A stretch of 64,000 nt of DNA. It comes from Octopus vulgaris. Lineage: Eukaryota. Below, piece by piece: positions 52,675-64,000 of this stretch. Under the pieces are notes generated by a model. The model worked only from the letters and a program-made list of their open reading frames with translations, made no database searches and had not been told where the DNA came from. How positions within the stretch are numbered: position 1 is the stretch's first letter; every line of letters starts with the position of its first letter. The position numbers and the translations under genes were made by a program. The DNA is taken from contig OX597817.1 of assembly GCA_951406725.2 (NCBI GenBank), positions 5,084,001 through 5,148,000 of the forward strand, given 5' to 3'.

Positions 52675-52720
52675 TTCACATTTTCACAGAAACAGTATGT
52701 TTCTGTCACATCAGACGGAA
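52675..52720 (-). ncRNA. Degenerate hammerhead-like motif after a pyrimidine-rich tract
   Basis: Minus strand: CTGATGT-g-ACAGAAACA-tac-TGTTTCTGT-GAAA. Stem II is a perfect 9 bp, A9 is mutated, and stems I and III are eroded. Confidence 0.4.
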
Positions 52721-53339
52721 GAAGGAATGAACGAAAAAGTAGATGAAAGAGAGACAGAAAGAGAAAATGAGTAAGGGAGAAGGAAGGAATTCGGTAAGAA
52801 TGCAGGACTGACAAAGTTAGTGAAGTAACATTTGTTGACAGATTCACTAAGAGTCGGGAATAAAATGAATGAATGAAAAGAAGGAAATAATGAAGGAGAT
52901 GGAGAGATAATACTGACAACCGACCAATTACTAATAAATAAGAATATGCCCTAAAAAGATGGAGAACTGATAAAAAAGATATTTTAAATAAGTTTATATA
53001 ACAAGATATTTGGTAAGTAAATGTAATGTTTGTTATTTTAATTAAATTGTAGATATATTGGCGTGACCTCTGCGCTTGTAATTTTCCTAAAAATGTATAG
53101 AATTCGCCACACACACGCAAACAAGGGTTAGTTATCTGGGCAAAATACTTAGCAGCATTTGTTCTGATTCTTTATGTTGTGGGTTCAAGTGCTGCTGAGG
53201 TTGATTTTTGCCTTTAATCTTTTCTGGGTGGAAAAGATAACTACCAGCTGAAACCTGGGGTCGATGTATTTCATAAATTTCGCATGGAAAAGTTTGTAAT
53301 GATGGTATAATTTCATACTAGATTTGTTAGTTGTTTGTG

Positions 53340-53697
53340 TTTGGCTCTCTTTCGGTTACGAAGACGAGTGTTCCAGTTGATCCGATCAACAGAACAACCT
53401 ACTCGTGAAATTAATGTGCGAGTGGCTGAGTGCTCCACAGTCACGTGTACCCTTAACGTAGTTCTCAGGGAGATTCAGCGTGACACAGGGTGTGACAAGG
53501 CTAGCTTTTTGAAATACAAGAAGAAAGAGTGAGGAAAAGTTGCGGTGAAAGAGTACAACAGCGTTCATCGCCGGAGACTCGTGAAGCTTTACGTGTTTTC
53601 GCTCGATAAACACTCACAATGCCTGGTCTGGGAATCGAAACCGCGATCCTATTAGCGCGAATCTGCTGCCCAAACCACTGGGCCATTGGTCCTCCAC
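53340..53697 (-). mobile_element. SINE family D (tRNA head plus distinct body)
   Basis: Minus strand head GTGGAGG.CCAATGGCCCAGTGGTTTGGGCAGC...GGTTTCGATTCCCAGACC (A and B boxes), followed by a body unrelated to families A-C. Confidence 0.7.
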
Positions 53698-54256
53698 GAT
53701 GTTTGTGTGTGATTAGTCATAGTCATAATTAGCCAAATTGAAACTAGTCTAGTAGATAAATACATTACTTCATAAATATATTTTGTCAACATGTATACTT
53801 CAGTGCACTTTATTTTTCTTATAATTTACCATGTTGTGTATCTTTCTAGAATGTTTTCACTATGCACACACACACACTCAGGCACACACACATACAAGCA
53901 TACATACACGCACACACATACACATACCAACACACACACGCGTGCACACACGTACATACATACACACATACACACAAACACACATATATATATATAACCA
54001 TACATATATCTCTCTCTTAATGTAAGTACATCGTGAAAGGCATCGTGTAGTGAGGAGTTCGTCCGGAGATCATATCACTTATGGGCATGGTCCCACCAGC
54101 GGTTTGTGATAACACCTGATGCATTTCTGTATATCAAAAGCGACGTAAATTTTTTCTTCGAAATGTATTTACATTAGGCAGATGTATAGATAGCTATTTT
54201 AATCTATTATTCCTTCTGCAGCTTATAATATATATAATATATATAATATATATATA

Positions 54257-54471
54257 TCTCCACGCCACCAATGTTATCCAAGGGAAAGACAAAGGTCGAT
54301 ACAGCTTGGCACCTGTGACGTCGCAACTCATTTCTACAGCTGAGTGAACTGGAGCAACGTGAAATAAAGTGCCTTGCTCAAGAACACAACACGCAGCCCG
54401 GTCCGGGATTCGAGCTCACAACCTCACGATCGTAAGCTCGACGCTCTAACCACTGAGCCATGCGCCTTCAC
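54257..54471 (-). mobile_element. SINE family C, 5' 215 bp, nearly identical to the 28065 copy
   Basis: Reverse complement matches 28065-28280 almost exactly; flanked by (TA)n. Confidence 0.9.
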
Positions 54472-54719
54472 ATATATATATATATTGCAATAAGCATATG
54501 GAATGAGTGCTCATGTCAGCTTGCCACTACAACTCCAGCCTGAATGGACATATGCGTGTACTAGAAAGAAAGAATGAGCCTGTAAAACATGGCGTTGGAT
54601 AGAACTTATAATCCCAATATAACTGTAGAGCTGTTAAAGCGGAGTAGAAGGTTTCGTATAAATAAGGGGAGAAAATGGCCGTGAACAACATCTTACTCCC
54701 TTATTCACTTATTCACTTA

Positions 54720-55108
54720 CTAGCAGTATCGCCCGGCGTTGCTCAGGTTTGTAAGGGAAATAACTATAAAGCATTTTTAGAGAGTTATAGCCAAAAAATA
54801 GCAAAAAAAAATGGAAAAAAATGATGGTAAATTTTTTTTTGAGAGTAAAAAAAGGTGGAGTTGCGTCCCCTAGACAGTTTGCGGTTTGTGTTTCTGATTC
54901 TCGACCCCATGTCGAATTTATCGATTTTTTTCAGAACTGGTGGAACTTTTCAAAATTTTCGCTGCGTTAGTTTTGAATTATGACATTGGGCTATGTGTGT
55001 GTCAAGTTTCATCACAATCGGTTGAAAGCCGTGGTCAGGGTGAGGGTACAAGCAAACAGACACACAGAAACACGCACAGACAAACTGCCGTTTATATATA
55101 GAGAGAGA
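54720..55108 (-). mobile_element. Non-autonomous Helitron copy 3
   Basis: Near-identical to copies 1 and 2, with the same termini. Confidence 0.9.
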
Positions 55109-55355
55109 TGATGCCATTTACTCCAACCACCTCAGTGTAGCAACTCTTCAGTTATATTTAAACTATAAATGACAACATACGTTATGGCTGTTCAGACATA
55201 GCTGGCTGTTTAAGAAGTTCACTTCGAAACGGCTTACTTTTATGTTCGCTCCTATTTGTGATACGTTAAACAAATGTCTTCTACATTATATTCGGCCGAT
55301 CAGACACAAAACCATATGAAATCCCTTCGATTATATGGTCAGAGGGCGTGGGTAC

Positions 55356-55868
<513 letters not shown>

Positions 55869-56747
55869 TTTTATGTGTGTAGTTGTGTGTCTTCGAAGTC
55901 TTCGTTTTAATTCGCTCGAACGAACACGACGATATTTTCTCCAGAATTCTTTGACACAGTTCGCCTTGTATGTCAATGGTTTCAAAGACAAGTTGAATAA
56001 AAATGTCTAATGAAAAATAGGTGAATTTAAGAAGCAAGAAGAGCGTCTAGCTGTTGTAAAAAGGATGTCTCTAGAAAGTCTTCGTCAAACGTATGCTACA
56101 ACGGAAACGGATATATACATCAATAAGTGACATTCAACATGTTTGGCCGATTTTGTATAGTGACTGAAAGAGGATACAATGAAGTACAGCATAATATGGT
56201 CCATAGTAAAGCACGCGAAACTATACGATATGATTTCCAGGAGAAGCCGTCGCTGCTCCAAAGAATACTTGTCTATTCTTTGGACTAATGAAAAGATCAT
56301 TAATAGACTTTCTGAAAGACTCTCGAGATGCCTACACGCATGCAAATGCACTGGGAATGAATTTTGTGTAACTGTTAACGTAATTTACTTTAAGATACGG
56401 ATGACTTAAGTTCACCTTTAACCTCCCCATTCTTACAAACACCAAGAAGATAGTTAACCCGCTTTGCGATCATGAGTGCATTAAACCTCACGTTTGCGTG
56501 TGCCCACATTTTCGCGGATGCTTGTATGAATGAGTGTCGTCGCGCCATACACTTTGCCCGAGGATGTTTATATATCCATACTTGCTAACGGTTATTTTAA
56601 ATACTTTTCTCGCTTTTCTGCGTGTTCGTTTCTTTCTTTTCCGTCTGTGACTTTATTTTTGATCTTCTATGTAAATGAAGATATTTCCTCCGTCTGGTTG
56701 CTTTTCTTTCTAAAGAACGTGAAGTTACATTGCAACAGCGCAGCTGC

Positions 56748-57193
56748 TTGGAATGGCTGAAACAGCTGAGACTCTACTCCGTGGAGCGAAGGCGGGCGAG
56801 ATATACAGTAGTACACATCTGGAAGATCCTGGAAGGGATTGTGCCAAAATTTGGCAATGAAATCTACCCAATGCCATAACGGGTCGCTACGGCACAGTAC
56901 CAAAGATCCCAGCAATGCCATCGCGCTTTAGGATCAGTTACTGCAACAACCTGGGTTTCGGGGATCACAGCTTTTTAATATTCCCCCAAAGAGCCTAAGG
57001 GAAATACACAAGACGGATGTAGGTGCCTTTAAAACAAAACCTACCTCGCGACAGGAGGCGCAAATGAGGGCAGCGACATCAAAATCCCTTATTGACGAAA
57101 TGCCACATATCAAAGGAGGCTCTCAATAATAGTGTAGCAAAACGACGGCGCCCCAGCATGGCCACAGCTTTGAGCTGAAACTGATACAAAAAG
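56748..57193 (+). mobile_element. CR1/L2-group LINE 3' fragment with tail
   Basis: LEWLKQLRLYSVERRRARYTVVHIWKILEGIVPKFG...SQLFNIPPKSLREIHKTDVGAFKTK matches ERL..L.LYSLERRR.RY...WKI..G.VP. The tail is CCAGCATGGCCACAGCTTTGAGCTGAAAC. Confidence 0.85.
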
Positions 57194-57380
57194 TCTATAC
57201 ACACACACACATACACACACATATATATGCTTTATATCAACCCCAAGTTGTTATGTTCATTTTATCAGCATAATTGCCTCTCTCTCTCTCTACATAGATA
57301 TATACATATAAATATATATTACATATATATGCATGTGCATTTGTGTGTGTTATATGGGTGTGTGTATGTGTGTTTGAGTG

Positions 57381-57433
<53 letters not shown>

Positions 57434-59214
57434 TATTTCAATATTTTTGCAGCCAAAGCAATGCGCAATTTACAGAAAAAATCATAATACAAGATGATAG
57501 TATTGATAATAGGTAATAGTACACGCCTTCCACCTTTATTATGATTTTTTTATTACTTACATTTTTGGGGCTTGAAAAAAGCTTTCCATATATCAGACAA
57601 TGCTCGATGAAATCTATACAATTGATATAAATATTGAATTGCAGCTATGCTGAGGACACAACGTGAATTGCGTTCAGTCGAACAAATGAGCCGGAATCTA
57701 TATTACGCTTACTCTATCCTTTCTATTTGCCGAACCCTGATGTTACCCTGATGTATGCAAGGCAAATCTATTTGTCAAGTGGTGTAGGAGCAAACATGCA
57801 AGTCATACGCACTTATTACCTTTGTACTCTCTGGTATTTTTACTCTTTAATATTTGTACTCTCTAGTTTTTGCGTATAAACATTTATTTGTATGCAGCCA
57901 GATGCATATGTGTGTGTGTCTGAGTGTGTGTGTGTATGTGTGAGTATGTGTGTATGTGTGCCTGTGTACATTTTTTTTTCGGTTCTCAAAGTTTATGGAT
58001 CTATGTTTTAAAACTTCAACTAATGCAATTCTGGTTAACTAAATTTTCTCTCACCATCTGCTACATTTAGCTAGACATACGCTTCATCACTAACTTTGCG
58101 TTTTTATAATGTCTGTGATGTAAGTATAGTACATTTGTTTAGTTGTAATCTCGTCACCATTCAATGAATTATTTCAGTGTTCTGTTTTGTTTTTCTATTG
58201 ATTCTCGTTAGAGAAAAATATGTGGTTATATACCGTATAAATCAGTCACTTATGCTCTATGGAAGCTTTTCTAAAATTGGTTAATCATATCTATTTACAT
58301 GTCAGCTGACAGTCAAGCTGCTTAAGCTGAAAAGAAAAAAATTGCCCCATGTCTTCGAATAAAACAATGCTGATAATTTCATGAACGTAACCAACGATTG
58401 AACAGGTAATCATAAAAGATAAGAGTTGCATGATGTGAAAGATGCATGGTAATTCCCAAGTCCATCTGGCATAATATTTGAGGGATTAGGATGTGAGTCA
58501 CATGTGCCTTGCGAAGCAATGTTTAACCATTCGTTCCTAAAGCTTCATTTGAACAATCTACCTGCGTTACCAATATAGTGATCGGATTCCGATATATATT
58601 TCTGATATAGCGAAACGTTGTCATGGCAACATAACCGCAGAATGCTTGTTCACTATTGCAGAACCGAGGTAAAAGAAAACAGAAAATTAAATCGAGTTAT
58701 TTTATAAACTTTAAAAACGCATTTCCGTAATATTTTAATGCGTCTCTACATGATGTGCATTGAGAGATAATGATGCAGATCAGGCTGGACATATAACAAG
58801 TCACCTCAGAAGTCCGGACTTCTATATTTTCAATTTGTAAACGATTTAGCAGTATTTTAAAAAAGTGTAATGGCAGGCATCAAGAAATATTGATATGTAT
58901 TTTGACATATTTTAACTAATTACATCTTATTTTGCGTGATAGTTAGGGCGCCACGCTCACGATCGCCAGTTAGATGTTTCGATTCTGACGACCGGCATTG
59001 TATATTTGATTTCAGATCACTCCCGTCCATTCTGCTGTATAAATTGTTAATTCGGCGACGGACTGGCTTTCAAATAAACGTTGCCTCACCCACCTAGTCA
59101 TGGAGGTGGCGTCTTTCGAAAGCTAAAATACTATGATTCCACGTATTGGAATGCGGTTTCTCGCATTCTGACAAGCAATGTGTAACAACATTGGATAATC
59201 TACTCGATACAGTG

Positions 59215-59464
59215 TTGTATGTATGTATGTATGTATGTATGTATGTATGTATGTATGTATGTATGTATGTATGTATGTATGTATGTATGTATGTATGCAT
59301 GTATGTATGTATGTATGTATGTTTGTGTGTATGTATGTATGTATGTATGTTTGTATGTATGTATGTTTGTATGTATGTTTGTATGTATGTGTATGTATGT
59401 GTGTATGTATGTATGTATGTATGCATTATGTATGTGCGTATGTATCTATATGTGTGTGTGTGCA

Positions 59465-59517
<53 letters not shown>

Positions 59518-59527
59518 GTATGTGTGT
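59215..59527 (+). repeat. (GTAT)n-(GT)n microsatellite
   Basis: Directly visible. Confidence 0.95.
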
Positions 59528-59878
59528 GCTGTTGGACGGGATCCGTAACAAAAAACTGTCGGATTTTACAGCCGTGATTATGCGAACTAAAATATATATG
59601 AATTGAAACACCTTCTTGAAATCAGTTATATGTGGAAATCAGTCGATTAAATTTCTTTTAGCAATATAATGAAATCACATCCAATTTCACGGAACAGGAA
59701 CGCTGATGAAATCCCATATAATTTCGAAACTACTCAAAATTTAAACAGACCTATTTTTCATAGATAAAGATATTGTGTATAATTTCAAGGTGTTTCCATC
59801 TATCTACTGTATACAGTGCTTGCTAAAATGAATAGATATATAGTATACTATAGCTTTGAAACAAAACCTTCTTCTTAA

Positions 59879-59930
59879 TACACCTGTAGATTATAAATAC
59901 ACGCCCGTGTATTTATAAACTACAGGTGTA
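59879..59930. repeat. 52-bp near-perfect palindrome
   Basis: TACACCTGTAGATTATAAATACACG-CC-CGTGTATTTATAAACTACAGGTGTA: 25-bp arms with one mismatch. Confidence 0.9.
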
Positions 59931-60391
59931 AAACACAAAAAAAACATACACTCACAAATACATACACAAATTCACAAACAAGCAATTATATAGATTTGTG
60001 AACTTTTGAGCTTGTATAGGAATAATACCAGAAGATGTCTTACCACTTTAGTATCCAATTATATTTGGAGCTTCACGAAAGATATTTCACAAATGTACAA
60101 ACTATTATAGATAATGTGTTCTGGCAATTAATGCCCCATAAATAGGTAATTTTTGTGACTCAGAGAAGTATAAGATTCTATTGCAACCTTTGTATTTCCG
60201 AACTGAAGATTAAAATTGGAGAAAAAACTTGCTTCGAATCTTTTGAAAACTTTCTGAAACTAACTTTTGCCAAGTAATGGATTAAGCATGCAAATGAAGA
60301 TTTAATTAGTTTGTCATAATTAAAGCTGAATTACAATACCCACTATTCTTGAATTTGTTACTTCTTTTTGCGTGATCTACACTTGTAATGT

Positions 60392-60633
60392 TAGTTCCAA
60401 ATTTTGGCACAAGGATGGCAATTTTGGGGTAGGGTGCAGGTTGATTAGATCGAACCTAGTGCGCATCTAGTAATTATTTTATCGACTCCGAAAGGATGAA
60501 AGGTAAAGGTGATCACGAAATGTTGAAAGGCAAGATCGACTCCGGTGGAATTTGAACCCATAACGTAAAGACGGACGAAATGCTGATAAGCATTTCGCAC
60601 AGCGTGCTAACGATTCTTCCCAGCTCGCCATCT
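60392..60633 (-). mobile_element. SINE family B, diverged copy
   Basis: CCGAAAGGATGAAAGG...GGAATTTGAAC...GTGCTAACGATTC..CCAGCTCGCC. Confidence 0.8.
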
Positions 60634-61069
60634 TGGGCTCTTTTCTTTTTTTTTTTTTTGCACTTGTAATATTAGTACTATGAAGTAATCATATCTGTAT
60701 ACTTTGCATAGACGTATGTATGATTCAGTGTCTAAAAGTTTTTATATATTTATGGCGATTAATACAAAGTGGCAGATGATGTTACAATATCTTTCCAAAT
60801 CTTTCTGCTTATATACTGTGACGTTGCTTCCCTTTTTCATCTATTGTCTAAGGTTAGATTAAAGAAATATAATATACTTTTGCGACATAAAATATGCAGA
60901 GTTTTGATGTTATACATTTACCACAAATTGTCTCTAAATTTCAAAAGGAAAAGTTAAACTAAACATTGACGTATGCATGTTATACATACATTTGAAAATA
61001 ACAAAAGTAAATAATAAAATAAAAATTTACTTCAAGACTCATGTTTTTATTTATTTATTTATTTTTTAG

Positions 61070-62560
61070 GTGCATATTTTCTCTGTATATGACTTCTTGC
61101 AGTAAGAGTATCCAATAATTAAGATTCGCATTTAAGATTTTGATCAACCTGAATTTTGAGGATCTTCTTCAATAAAATTTCTTAAAGCTTTAGATAAAGG
61201 CATTAATTGATAAAATTGGTGTAGCTTTTTCTGCAGCCATGTTCAGGTACTTAGAGTACGATGCACCTCCATTTACATGAGGTCTTCATTGGATATTTTT
61301 GTATGATCTGTATGTGATTCAAGTTATTGCAACTCCTATTAATAGATTTCAAGAACTGTAGCCTGCGTGTCAGTCCAGCATTCCCCTAATAAGTATGTTG
61401 GCTCCCTAAATTCCTGGGATCCTGCAATGCAGTCTGGAACAATTTTACTCTTCACAGGAGTTATTATGATTTATTTCACTTTTGTGCAGTTATCTATTAA
61501 AAACTCAATAGTGGTCCATTTATGTGAATTCCACTCAGACTCCATCTCTTCAACATGAGCCATAATTATTATATATAAGATATGTCATCAGCGATTGATT
61601 CGTAGGTAGATCAAAGCTGATTGGANNNNNNNNNNNNNNNNNNNNNNNNNNNNNNNNNNNNNNNNNNNNNNNNNNNNNNNNNNNNNNNNNNNNNNNNNNN
61701 NNNNNNNNNNNNNNNNNNNNNNNNNCAAAGCTGATTGGATCTGAAGGCATAAAAGCTATTTGAATATTACTTTTCTTGGCATCGATTTTTGGTAGGTGAC
61801 TTGGAGAATAGTCCACAAGAAGGACATTTTTTTCAAGGTTTTTACACTCGCAATATTTTTTCCTAGCTGGGAAGAAGAAAAAAATAAGCTAATTCTGGAA
61901 CTTATATGTAGTGATCTACTCCATATTATTTGATTGGCATATAATAGGAAAATGAGATTTAGAGTTTCATTTATAGCTACTGGTACTTTAGATTTATAAA
62001 CAGACAGTGGTTTGATCGTTAGTTCTCCTAGATAACATTCACCATGTACAAGTATAGTATGATCTTTGGCAGGCATAAATCAATAAGGCTGGAAATGCAG
62101 CTGCAACATTTTTTCGACGCTTACAGTTTCACATTTTACTATATGTTATGCAATTTTGAGGAATTCTTAAAATGCTCGAACCAATCGCGATAAGAAGATT
62201 TCACTTTCTGCAGAAGAAATGTTTTTTTATTTAGATTATCAATATAGAATTGAAGCTTAGCTTTCATTTAAATATTACGTAGCGAATATGGAGAGTTATG
62301 CTGATACACGTGCACCGTCTCTGTGTCGCTTTATCTTTTTACCTTTTTCCCATTTTTATCTTTATGCAAGATTTATTATGAGTCAATTTTACTGCAGTTA
62401 AACACATTACGCTTTGAAGACAAGTGATTTTTCAGCATTACTGCGAATTGTTCGTATGCTTCTTCAGCAGAAAATGTGCTCTTCCAATATCAACCCCTCA
62501 CCAAATTTCAGCCTGATTCCATAGAGCAACAGAGAATAGTGCAGGTTAAGGTGTCAATAA
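61070..62560 (-). pseudogene. Decayed Tigger/pogo (CENP-B-like HTH plus DDE_1) transposase
   Basis: In order on the minus strand: RTIRSNAEK; SYRDWFEHFKNSSKLHNI**KCETVSVEKNVAAAFP (compare GWF.RFK.R..LHN...GEAASAD..AA..FP); KDHTILVHG...GELTIKPLSVYKSKVP; KYCECKNL..VLLVDYSPSH...NIQIAFMPSDPISFDLPTNQ (compare LLLDNAPGH...FLPPNTTSLIQPMDQ); FIEEDP. Many stops and frameshifts. Confidence 0.85.
61626..61725. other. Assembly gap of 100 N
   Basis: Run of N, with the same 14-mer CAAAGCTGATTGGA on both sides. Confidence 0.99.
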
Positions 62561-64000
62561 AAAGGAGACAGAACCATGAATAAATATGTGCAATGTGAAA
62601 GTTACGAGGAGAAACTAAAACGTGCGTTCAGTTTAAAACCAAATACAAAATGACTTCTACTTTGGAATCTGTCAGGCTTCGCACAAGTTCACTGTTCAGT
62701 TGTTTACCTGTAATTTGTAAACTTGCATCATCTTTTATATTTTATTATTTCTTTTAATTTATTATAAAATTTATTCAAATACCTACATAAAAATCCAGAC
62801 GAAATGTAGCTTGTAAGTCTGTAGCGGGACAGATTATAATTTACACACAGTATACCAAAGAAAGTAGATAACTTATAAAAAATTTTATGAATTATTACAT
62901 ATGAAACAACCTCTAATTTAAAATGCAATACATTATATGTATATTACAAGAAATATTAAGCTTTGAAATAAAGTTTTCATTGTGTTGCACAATCTATATA
63001 AAACTAACCCGTATTTGCAGAAGTTTATAATACCGAGACATAATTCATTGTACGTCGATATAATATATCGAATCTTATTACTCCGACTGCAGATGACAGT
63101 TGGCAATTTCAAACGGCAATAAAAGGAAACACCGAAGCATTTTATATAAGATTAACCCCTTTCAAGACGCTCATTCAATATGTTTCCAAAATAAAATAAA
63201 AGATTTTTGCTACACAAGACTGGATCAAATGCATTATATATTGATGAAGTTATTGAAAACCAGATTTAGTTTAGTAATATGTCCATTCACTCAAGATGAG
63301 TCTTGGTGGATTCAAAAGTGAGTATATAATTGCTGTTATATTTGTTTTGTAAACGACAGACTATGCTGATGATCTTGCAGATGTTTGCGTATCCCATATA
63401 CGTAAATATTAACAAGTGAAACTAATTAGTACATAGGAAATGTTTTTTTTTACTTCGTACATTTTCATTTGTCTTGCTTATTTTTACACTTTGAATTTTT
63501 TGCAGAATTTTTCTTGAGAACACATTCTTCGTGGAAAATGGTGATTTTGACGTCTATATCTAGCATATAAGCTGTCCATGTTTTTAGTGGTCAGTCCTCT
63601 AAATTTTGTATGTAAAAGAATTTTCAATCTTCGGATTTTTTAAAAATATGCTAGGCCACTGGTTTTAGTTGATTGATATCAATTTCTACCCTTATTTAAT
63701 TTTAAATAATAAAAATGTTCTCTAGCCGGTTAATTGATTGCTGTAGTTTATTAACTACAGAGTAATTTCCGATCTCAGCGCCCCAAATTGAAGGCATTTT
63801 AAAGATACACATAAATATAATTTGTAGAACTTTCGATAGGCTGTCCATGTTTTTAGTGGTCAGTCGTTTAAATTTAGTATGTATATATACGTATATACGA
63901 ATGAACGTACACATACGTATTCATACATTTACATATACCTATGTATCCATACACAGACATAGGCACACATAGATTCATGTATTTATATATATATATATAT

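Noticed and set aside
59700-59740. CTGATGA...CGAAAC hammerhead-like spacing
   Set aside because: Stem II cannot close in the right register and stems I and III do not pair.
61070-62560. Domesticated TIGD/CENP-B-like host gene
   Set aside because: Multiple stops and frameshifts and degraded catalytic motifs indicate a fossil transposon.
63290-63400. Strong donor AA|GTGAGT at 63318 and a DYADDLA peptide at 63359
   Set aside because: No partner exon, no extended ORF and no other reverse-transcriptase motifs nearby; cannot be supported without RNA data.

Overview
This is a gene-poor, AT-rich eukaryotic window saturated with microsatellites. The repeat families and microsatellite load point to an octopus (coleoid cephalopod) genome, which is an inference. 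I find no supportable host protein-coding gene, and almost all listed ORFs are microsatellite or decayed-transposon artefacts. The window holds at least four tRNA-headed SINE families (about 25 copies) and 3' fragments of CR1/L2-group and R4/Dong-type LINEs. It also holds Penelope-like (GIY-YIG) remnants, an internally deleted mariner, a near full-length decayed Tigger/pogo transposase, a Helitron with a Pif1-helicase remnant, three young non-autonomous Helitrons and small foldback elements. The strongest signals are: (1) a series of minimal type I hammerhead ribozyme motifs, one fully canonical at 40415-40457, ending skewed low-complexity tracts; (2) a covarying two-hairpin 3' RNA motif shared by SINE family A and several LINE tails; (3) recurrent multimeric SINE junctions; (4) a 102-bp foldback inside a SINE; (5) a 100-N gap that is probably a false gap. 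All protein-family calls rest on motif recognition by eye, not database searches.
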